Shown piece after piece: positions 22,082 to 28,686 of a stretch of DNA of 40,710 bases (position 1 is its first letter; each line of letters starts with the position of its first letter). The DNA is from Candidatus Woesearchaeota archaeon (GTDB lineage: Archaea; Nanobdellota; Nanobdellia; UBA10117; ARS21), in the NCBI GenBank assembly GCA_964619795.1, contig CAZUFS010000001.1, positions 1 through 40,710 on the forward strand. The letters are read 5' to 3'. Under the pieces are notes generated by a model, which was not told the DNA's origin, made no database searches, and was given only the letters and a program-made list of their open reading frames with translations. The position numbers and the translations under genes are program-made.

Positions 22082-23828
22082 ATCCTTTACTTTGATACTT
22101 CCAAAGTTCTGAATATTTTCCTTTTTTCTTTATAAGTTGTTTGTGAGTTCCAACTTCTGCAATTTTCCCTTCACTAAATACAACTATTTTATCTGCATTC
22201 ATAACCGTCGAAAGTCTATGTGCAACAATTACTGTTGTTTTTCCTTTTGTAATTTTATTTAGTGTGTCTCTAATTTTTACTTCAGTTTCTGAATCCAACG
22301 ATGAAGTTGCTTCATCTAGCATTATTATCTTTTTATTGGCTAAAATTGCACGAGCAATTGCAACTCTCTGTCGTTCACCGCCCGACAATTTAACTCCTCT
22401 TTCGCCGACAATTGTTTTTTCTCGTTTTGGTAATTTTTGTACAAACGTCCATAGTTCAGCTTTCTTCAATGCATTAATTACATCTCGATAATTTGAATTT
22501 ATGTTTCCGAATTTAACGTTGTTAAAAATTGTATCATCGAACAAGATAGTTTCCTGAGGGACTAAAGTCATTGATGATCTCAATGAACCTTGTTTTACAT
22601 GTTTTATATTCTGTCCATCGATCGAGATATATCCTTCATCTAAATCATACAGTCGATATAATAACTTAATTAATGTAGATTTACCTGTACCCGATCTTCC
22701 AACAATTCCAAGTGTTTGGCCAGGTAGGATATCTAAATTGAATTTTGAAAATACTTTTTTATTATCATAATTAAATGAAACATTATTGAATGTAATTTTC
22801 CCTTTATCAATTTTAATAGGTTTGGCATCCTTTTCATCCAAAACCTTAGGCTTTACTTTTAGCAATTTGTTGGCTGAATTAAATTGTGCCGAAACATCAA
22901 ATATTTCATTGAATCCATGAATAAATGTATCAAATACATGAGATAATCTGTTTGTAAACATAAATGCCAGAGTTAAATCTCCGATACTAATTGAACCATT
23001 TAAAAATAATTTAAATCCCCATATTACTATAACTACCAAAAATAAATCCGAAATTAAACTCGCAAAGAACGTCCACTTTCCATAATATGATCCGACGGTA
23101 TTCCAGAGATTTTTTAAATAATTAATTGAGTTTCCGTATTTTTTAGAAGAATATTTTTCTTGATTATTTATTTTAATGATTAATAAATTTGACAATAGAT
23201 CTGTGAGAATTCCATTTGATCTGTCAGATTTTGGCCAAGTATCTTTCCATTTATTTGCTGCCCTTTTAGAATAATACATGGAAATTGGGATGTAAAAAAT
23301 TCCTTTTGCAATCGCGATTAATGCCAGTGTTGTATTTACACTAAATAAAATAGATATTATTACTGGGCCCTGTACAAATAATGGAGCTATATTCCAGCGA
23401 TACATATTTAAGACTCGATTAAAGCTATTAGATCCTCGATTAATTTTTGAAACCAATGCGCCCGTTTTTTGATCTAAAATATAACTTACGTCAGATTTTA
23501 GTAAATGTGAAAATATCTTCTCGCTGAATGCTATGCGAGTTTTATACGTTATGTTTGCAATCAACGGACTTTGAAATAATCGGGCAATTGAAATAGGGAT
23601 AATTAATATTGTGAATAAAACTAAGATCGAGATTAATGAATTCTCTAATTGTAATAGATCTGAGGTAGTTCCATAATTATATAGTAAGTCGATTATTCTT
23701 GAGAAAAAATATTCAGGTAAAAGAAATCCAATTTGCATTAAGATAGATGCGACTAATATGAGAAATAATAGAAATTTGTGTTTTGATAATTCCTTGAATA
23801 CTGGAAATAATATTTTAAAATCTTTCAT
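22074..23828 (-). CDS. ABC exporter, fused permease-ATPase half-transporter (MsbA/MdlB type)
   Basis: N-terminal domain of about six transmembrane segments. Walker A GRSGTGKST, signature LSGGERQR, Walker B IIMLDEATSSLD and H-loop VIVAHR. Confidence 0.85.
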   Translation of the reverse strand: MKDFKILFPVFKELSKHKFLLFLILVASILMQIGFLLPEYFFSRIIDLLYNYGTTSDLLQLENSLISILVLFTILIIPISIARLFQSPLIANITYKTRIAFSEKIFSHLLKSDVSYILDQKTGALVSKINRGSNSFNRVLNMYRWNIAPLFVQGPVIISILFSVNTTLALIAIAKGIFYIPISMYYSKRAANKWKDTWPKSDRSNGILTDLLSNLLIIKINNQEKYSSKKYGNSINYLKNLWNTVGSYYGKWTFFASLISDLFLVVIVIWGFKLFLNGSISIGDLTLAFMFTNRLSHVFDTFIHGFNEIFDVSAQFNSANKLLKVKPKVLDEKDAKPIKIDKGKITFNNVSFNYDNKKVFSKFNLDILPGQTLGIVGRSGTGKSTLIKLLYRLYDLDEGYISIDGQNIKHVKQGSLRSSMTLVPQETILFDDTIFNNVKFGNINSNYRDVINALKKAELWTFVQKLPKREKTIVGERGVKLSGGERQRVAIARAILANKKIIMLDEATSSLDSETEVKIRDTLNKITKGKTTVIVAHRLSTVMNADKIVVFSEGKIAEVGTHKQLIKKKGKYSELWKYQSKGFI

Positions 23829-23848
23829 GAGTTACAAGAAGAAAATTT

Positions 23849-23859
23849 GATATAAAAAC
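23849..23859 (-). promoter_or_regulatory. TATA-like element for the ABC exporter (leaderless spacing)
   Basis: Minus-strand GTTTTTATATC is centred 26 nt upstream of the ATG at 23828. Confidence 0.4.
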
Positions 23860-23902
23860 ATAATGGCGAGTTTTTGACCTGGCCTTTTCCTAAAAACGAG
23901 AG

Positions 23903-23976
23903 TGGCGAAGATGGGATTTGAACCCACGACTTTCCGCTCATGAAACGGACGCTCTACCAGCCTGAGCTACTTCGCC
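23903..23976 (-). tRNA. tRNA with CAT anticodon (elongator Met, or Ile2 if C34 is modified)
   Basis: Acceptor GGCGAAG/CTTCGCC and anticodon arm TCCGT-TTCATGA-GCGGA. G1:C72 and a weak anticodon stem argue against an initiator tRNA. Confidence 0.85.
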
Positions 23977-23996
23977 GTTTTAGCTTTTGATACGAG

Positions 23997-24008
23997 ATTT
24001 ATAAATAT
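23997..24008 (-). promoter_or_regulatory. TATA-like element for tRNA-CAT
   Basis: The ATTTATAAATAT region is centred about 26 nt upstream of the tRNA 5' end at 23976. Confidence 0.4.
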
Positions 24009-24058
24009 AACGTTTGAATTTTGATTAATTATTTATATGACTAAAACAGTAATAAGGC

Positions 24059-24367
24059 ATGAAAATTGATGATGCTCGGAAAAAATTGGACAAATTGCTT
24101 AACGATGAAAAGAAGTTAGTTACTGATCTTCAGACAGCTCCTGATTTAGAAGCTAAGAAAGGAGTTTTCCAAAATTATGAGAATCGGGTTACTAGACTCA
24201 TTATGGATATTGAAAATCAAAAATCTGATCCCGACTTTAATAAGATCTACAACGAGCTATTACACATTGAATCTTGGTTGAAGAAATTGAAGAAAAAGGG
24301 GATTTATCGAAATATACAAGAAATGGGTGCTGGACGAGTTTCACATTATTGGAGAAATATAGACTAA
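24059..24367 (+). CDS. hypothetical protein (102 aa, predicted helical/coiled)
   Basis: ORF only. Its stop abuts the 3' end of the convergent tRNA-Ala. Confidence 0.4.
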   Translation: MKIDDARKKLDKLLNDEKKLVTDLQTAPDLEAKKGVFQNYENRVTRLIMDIENQKSDPDFNKIYNELLHIESWLKKLKKKGIYRNIQEMGAGRVSHYWRNID

Positions 24368-24442
24368 TGGACGGGCCGGGATTTGAACCCGGGGCCTCTC
24401 CGCTGCCAGCGAAGCGCTCTGACCGGCCTGAGCTAACCGCCC
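24368..24442 (-). tRNA. tRNA-Ala (GGC)
   Basis: Acceptor GGGCGGT has the G3:U70 Ala identity pair. Anticodon arm CTTCG-CTGGCAG-CGGAG and T arm CCGGG-TTCAAAT-CCCGG. Confidence 0.9.
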
Positions 24443-24513
24443 ATGATTTTGCTTAAAATTTGAGTTTAATAAGGTTTTGATAAAGAATAAAAATAACTAA
24501 CGTGAATTAAAAT

Positions 24514-25380
24514 ATGAAGAAATTTAGTTTCGGGTTGATTTTACTGTTAGTTTTACCAATTTTGATTATTTTGGGAACTTCGAATGATCCCATTTCTTCT
24601 ACAACTCTTTTCACATTTATGACTGAAACAAACGAGCCAATAGACGGAACCTTGTATCTTAGTGATTTGTCTCTACCCATTATTGATGGCGAAGTTTTAG
24701 TAAATAATTCTAATCTATATTATTTGGATGTTTCAGATAATAAGCTCAAACTAAAGAGTAATATTTCTGCTGAATTTGAAATGAATGAGATATCTTTAAC
24801 GTTTAATCTCAATTTGTCTAATAATGATTCTAAGATAGATACGCTATCTGTATTGATTGACTCTAAAGAATTTGAGATTGAAACATTTGATAATTATCGA
24901 TTTGCGTCTTCCACAATTAAATATAGATATGAAGAAGAGTGTACTTGGGTTCAGTCGAATAGATTAGAAGAAGCGATTGATATTTTAGAAACTGAAACAA
25001 TTTTGAATTTTAGAGAGACTTCAAAGGAGCCCGATTTATACATTCATTGTTATGATTATAGTGTCCAGACCGATGAAGGAATTCGCCTTGGAGAAGGAAG
25101 TCCGAGATATTATGAAGAGCTCTCCAGAACACTAATTAACTCCTCAATTAATCTTTACGCTCGAAAAGATGCAGTTTACTGTGTAAACTATCCTGCAACT
25201 GAGATCCATGAGATTCTGCACGCTTTGAATTTTAACCACTTGGAAGATCCTTCAAGCATTATGCATCCGGGAATAGGCGGAGATGTTTGTCCGGAACTGG
25301 ATGAATCAATAATTAAATGTATTGAAGATATTTATTCTAATCAAAAAGGTTGTCGAGGAATGGAATTTATTCTTAATTGA
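24514..25380 (+). CDS. secreted or membrane-anchored metzincin-like zinc metalloprotease
   Basis: N-terminal signal/anchor MKKFSFGLILLLVLPILIILG, zinc motif HEILHALNFNH (HExxHxxxxxH) and a Met-turn-like SIMHP. Confidence 0.65.
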   Translation: MKKFSFGLILLLVLPILIILGTSNDPISSTTLFTFMTETNEPIDGTLYLSDLSLPIIDGEVLVNNSNLYYLDVSDNKLKLKSNISAEFEMNEISLTFNLNLSNNDSKIDTLSVLIDSKEFEIETFDNYRFASSTIKYRYEEECTWVQSNRLEEAIDILETETILNFRETSKEPDLYIHCYDYSVQTDEGIRLGEGSPRYYEELSRTLINSSINLYARKDAVYCVNYPATEIHEILHALNFNHLEDPSSIMHPGIGGDVCPELDESIIKCIEDIYSNQKGCRGMEFILN

Positions 25381-25579
25381 CTCCGAAATTTTCGGAACAG
25401 AATGTTTTTAATTGCTTTATTAGACTTCGACAAGAAGTTCTTTCTAATTTTTTAGACCATTTACTGCAAATACTCTTTGACGTAATTTTGCCATTTGAAT
25501 ATAAATTGATATCGAGATTATATTCTCTTTGAAACTCTCGACATTGATCTTCTGCTCGACGACGACTTTGAATTACCAT
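25373..25579 (-). CDS. hypothetical small basic Cys-containing protein (68 aa from the internal ATG; the track gives 87 aa to 25636)
   Basis: ORF only. The shorter start leaves a 60-nt AT-rich divergent promoter gap. Weak call. Confidence 0.25.
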   Translation of the reverse strand: MVIQSRRRAEDQCREFQREYNLDINLYSNGKITSKSICSKWSKKLERTSCRSLIKQLKTFCSENFGVN

Positions 25580-25639
25580 TCTTTGATTAATTGTCGATAT
25601 AATAAATATCTTTATATTTCTTAATCCTATCTCCAATCT

Positions 25640-25828
25640 ATGAAAGCTAAAAAATTAATGCGATTGAATGCTGCGCTTTTTGCACTAGTATTTTTGGTGC
25701 ATTCATCCAGAGTTGTCAATAATTGGGATTTAATAATCTCAACTTGGGCAGTTCCAATGTGGTTTAGCTGGCTAGTAATTCTAATCGTTGGATATCTAGG
25801 TTGGAATAATTACAAATTGAGTAAATAA
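25640..25828 (+). CDS. small membrane protein (62 aa, two transmembrane segments)
   Basis: Hydrophobic segments LNAALFALVFLV and WFSWLVILIVGYLGW. Confidence 0.4.
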   Translation: MKAKKLMRLNAALFALVFLVHSSRVVNNWDLIISTWAVPMWFSWLVILIVGYLGWNNYKLSK

Positions 25829-25854
25829 AATTTTTGTAGATTAGATGTTTTAGC

Positions 25855-25875
25855 CTCGTTTTTAATAAAAACGAG
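25855..25875 (-). terminator. 9-bp hairpin with U-run 2 nt after the tRNA-Val 3' end
   Basis: CTCGTTTTT-aat-AAAAACGAG. The minus-strand RNA reads ..ACCA-uu-CUCGUUUUUauuAAAAACGAG. Confidence 0.4.
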
Positions 25876-25877
25876 AA

Positions 25878-25952
25878 TGGTCCGACCAAGATTCGAACTT
25901 GGGATCTTCCCGAAGTCAACGGGACGTCATAACCGAACTAGACCATCGGACC
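25878..25952 (-). tRNA. tRNA-Val (GAC) with an unusual anticodon loop
   Basis: Acceptor GGTCCGA/TCGGACC and a Val-type D arm (GTCTAGTTCGGTTATGAC). Anticodon arm is TCCCG-TTGACTT-CGGGA, with T at position 37. Confidence 0.8.
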
Positions 25953-26261
25953 TTATTCAAGAATTTGAATTTCCAAATTGATATCATGCGGGATTGGAAC
26001 TCTAAGAACTAAATGTAAAGCTCTTTCATCGGCTGCCAAATCAATAAGTCTCTTGTGAATTCGCATTTCATACTTTTCCCAAGATGCTTTTCCTTCTCCT
26101 TGTGGAGATTTTCTTACTGGAACTAATAACGTCTTAGTAGGTAATGTGATTGGACCTGCCATTTTTGTCTTTGTTTTCTTGGCAATGTCTTGAATTTGAG
26201 AAATAACTTCGTTTAACTTATTCAATTCTGTTCCGTACAGTTTTATTCTTGCTTTTGGCAT
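25953..26261 (-). CDS. rps10: 30S ribosomal protein S10 (uS10)
   Basis: ARIKLYGTELNKLNEV...MRIHKRLIDL pattern, 102 aa, immediately downstream of tuf as in other archaea. Confidence 0.9.
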   Translation of the reverse strand: MPKARIKLYGTELNKLNEVISQIQDIAKKTKTKMAGPITLPTKTLLVPVRKSPQGEGKASWEKYEMRIHKRLIDLAADERALHLVLRVPIPHDINLEIQILE

Positions 26262-26282
26262 TGTAATATCACTTAGTATGTG

Positions 26283-26294
26283 TTTTTAAAAAGG
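26283..26294 (-). promoter_or_regulatory. TATA-like element for rps10 (leaderless spacing)
   Basis: Minus-strand CCTTTTTAAAAA is centred about 27 nt upstream of the ATG at 26261. Confidence 0.45.
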
Positions 26295-26326
26295 TTTCCA
26301 AAGATAAACTTGAAAAAGGAGTATAG

Positions 26327-26344
26327 GGAGGCCCGAAGGCCTCC
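26327..26344 (-). terminator. GC-rich 7-bp hairpin with a cUUCGg tetraloop after tuf
   Basis: Minus-strand RNA reads GGAGGCC-UUCG-GGCCUCC, 8 nt after the tuf stop codon, followed by CUAUACUCCUUUUUC. Confidence 0.55.
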
Positions 26345-26352
26345 GTTTAGGA

Positions 26353-27618
26353 TTACGCCTTAACGACGTCAATACACTTTCCAGCAGCAACAGTTTTACC
26401 CATGTCTCGAATAGCAATTCTACTCAATTGTGGGAAATCAGCTGCTTTTTCTAAACAAACCGGTCTGTTAGGAATACATTTGATTTCTGCGAAATCACCG
26501 TTTCTTAACATATCTGGGTTCTTTTCCATTGTTTCACCAGTTCTTGGATCGATCTTTCGAACGATTTCAGTAACTCTACATGAAACTTGTGCTGTGTTGA
26601 TGTGGAATACTGGAGAGTACCCAACAGTCAATACAGATGGATGGTTCATTACCATAATTTGGGCAGTGAACTCTTTAGCAACAGATGGTGCATTAGATGC
26701 TTCTCCAATCATATCTCCTCTCTTCATATCGGTCTTACCGATACCTCGAATGGAAATTCCAACGTTGTCCCCTGGATTTGCTTGTTGCATTTGTTCGTGG
26801 TGCATTTCAATTGTTTTTAGCTCACCTGATTTTCCAGATGGCATAACTACTAAATTTGAACCTAGTTTCATAACACCTGTTTCAATTCTACCTACAGGAA
26901 CTGTTCCAATTCCCGTAATTGTATAGACATCTTGTACAGGCATTCTTAATGGTAGATTTGTTGGTAACTCCGGTGCTTTCAAAGCATTTAATGAAGTTAA
27001 CAAAGGTTCTCCTTTGTACCAACTCATGTTTTCGGATTTCTTCAGGATGTTATCTCCTGGAAGAGATGCGATTGGTACTATTGGAACATCATCTACTTTC
27101 CATCCGTAACCTGTTAACAATTTCTTAACGTCTGCTGTAACTGCATCGAATTTAGCTTGATCGTAGTTAACCATATCCATCTTGTTAACTGCTACGATTA
27201 ATTGTCCGACACCAAGAGTCTTAGCTAAGAAAGCGTGTTCTCTTGTTTGTTCATTAACAGAATCGTTAGCTGCTACAACTAATACAGCTGCGTCAGCTTG
27301 AGATGTACCTGTAATCATGTTCTTGATAAAGTCTTTGTGTCCAGGTGCATCAATGATTGTAAAATTGTACTTATCAGTATCAAATTTCTTGTAAGTTAGG
27401 TCAATTGTAACTCCTCTCTCACGTTCTTCTTTAACTGTATCCATAACGTAAGCGAATTCAAATCCTGACTTACCTAATTCAGCTGCTTTTTCTTTCAGCT
27501 TTTTCATCGTTTGTTCGTCGATAGCTCCAGAATCAAATAAGATTCTTCCGACTGTAGTGGACTTACCGTGATCTACGTGTCCAATTACTACTAAATTTAT
27601 GTGTGGTTTATCTGCCAT
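26353..27618 (-). CDS. tuf: translation elongation factor aEF-1alpha
   Basis: G1 GHVDHGKST, G3 DAPGH and G4 NKMD. 421 aa. Confidence 0.95.
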   Translation of the reverse strand: MADKPHINLVVIGHVDHGKSTTVGRILFDSGAIDEQTMKKLKEKAAELGKSGFEFAYVMDTVKEERERGVTIDLTYKKFDTDKYNFTIIDAPGHKDFIKNMITGTSQADAAVLVVAANDSVNEQTREHAFLAKTLGVGQLIVAVNKMDMVNYDQAKFDAVTADVKKLLTGYGWKVDDVPIVPIASLPGDNILKKSENMSWYKGEPLLTSLNALKAPELPTNLPLRMPVQDVYTITGIGTVPVGRIETGVMKLGSNLVVMPSGKSGELKTIEMHHEQMQQANPGDNVGISIRGIGKTDMKRGDMIGEASNAPSVAKEFTAQIMVMNHPSVLTVGYSPVFHINTAQVSCRVTEIVRKIDPRTGETMEKNPDMLRNGDFAEIKCIPNRPVCLEKAADFPQLSRIAIRDMGKTVAAGKCIDVVKA

Positions 27619-27677
27619 TTTTTTAATCCTAAATTGCTGAGTATTAGCAATTATTGCTGATATGACCTATTTAATGA

Positions 27678-27690
27678 GCTTTAAAAAGAT
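27678..27690 (-). promoter_or_regulatory. TATA-like element for tuf (about 40-nt leader)
   Basis: Minus-strand ATCTTTTTAAAGC lies about 66 nt upstream of the ATG at 27618. Confidence 0.4.
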
Positions 27691-27700
27691 TACGGTGTCG

Positions 27701-28651
27701 TTATTCTTTTGTTGGGGTGATTGCTGCGAACTCCAAAATTGGGTCGTATTCCCACTCAAGACGATTACTTAATTTAGTATGTGCATAAGTTGATTCATCA
27801 AATTTTTGTGCGATTCGTTTCAATGACATTTGGTCACCATTTCTCATTCGCCGAACTCTGAAATCTACTCGAAGTTCATTGTTTCCGCTTAAAAGTGAGT
27901 CTAAATCTGAACGAACTTCTCTCATCGCCTTCGCATATGAAACAGTTCGCTTTGGAATAACTTGAACATTAAACGCTCTCTTTCCTTGATAAAGCGTGGT
28001 TTTCTCGGTTTTTCTAAGGTTTTCTAAGTCAACGCCTAAATAATCTGCAGCACGGGTTTTTAATAATTCGTTGAACGGCTTAATAATCTGGTTTGATAAG
28101 TAATTTGCAATATGTTTTGCTTTTGCTTGAGTAACAATTGCTTCTCGATTTAATATTTCATAATCTTCATTTAATGGAAAAATTGTTTTTGGAGGAATTC
28201 TCCAATCCAATATGCCTTCCTCATCAAGAAATTGATCCTTATTATATAATTTGACTTTTTGTTCTAATGTTTGCTTTGTTGACTCTTCAATTAAATCGTC
28301 AAGGCGGTTAACTGTGTCTTCTATATTAATAAATTTTCTTCTATTGAGGTTGTGCTCCTTTAGAAAATTTGAAAATCCTGTGTGTATTGATTTGTAGGAT
28401 GTGCTTGAAGTTGGTTTTGAAATAATCTCTCCCTCAACTCCACCGTAGTTAAATTCTGTTTTTTGTAATTCTTCAGGTATTTTTTTCTTTGAATAACCAG
28501 ATGATGCCTTGAGCGCTTTAGAAATAGTATTATCTATCTGTCTAACAAAACTTCCTTGTTGTTCTGCTTCTTTGAAAGTTCTAAAACCTATTTCAGAAAT
28601 ACTTACTATTGGTTCTGGAACCTCTATCGCAATAGTTGTTGCTCTTTTCAT
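27701..28651 (-). CDS. hypothetical protein (316 aa ORFan) between aEF-2 and aEF-1alpha
   Basis: Long clean ORF on the same strand as its neighbours. No recognisable motif except a weak HTH-like stretch, MSLKRIAQKFDEST. Confidence 0.6.
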   Translation of the reverse strand: MKRATTIAIEVPEPIVSISEIGFRTFKEAEQQGSFVRQIDNTISKALKASSGYSKKKIPEELQKTEFNYGGVEGEIISKPTSSTSYKSIHTGFSNFLKEHNLNRRKFINIEDTVNRLDDLIEESTKQTLEQKVKLYNKDQFLDEEGILDWRIPPKTIFPLNEDYEILNREAIVTQAKAKHIANYLSNQIIKPFNELLKTRAADYLGVDLENLRKTEKTTLYQGKRAFNVQVIPKRTVSYAKAMREVRSDLDSLLSGNNELRVDFRVRRMRNGDQMSLKRIAQKFDESTYAHTKLSNRLEWEYDPILEFAAITPTKE

Positions 28652-28675
28652 TCGGGAAGAAGTAAGAATGTACTT

Positions 28676-28686
28676 GTTTAAAAATT
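28676..28686 (-). promoter_or_regulatory. TATA-like element for the 316-aa ORFan, overlapping the aEF-2 stop
   Basis: Minus-strand AATTTTTAAAC is centred about 30 nt upstream of the ATG at 28651. Confidence 0.35.

Noticed and set aside
26402-27128. Antisense ORFs inside tuf. The same kind occurs inside ftsZ (34282-35043), aEF-2, gatE, rad50, herA, nurA, lig and aCPSF1.
   Set aside because: They lie opposite strongly supported conserved genes, have odd composition (Cys/Ser/Phe-rich), and are typical shadow ORFs.
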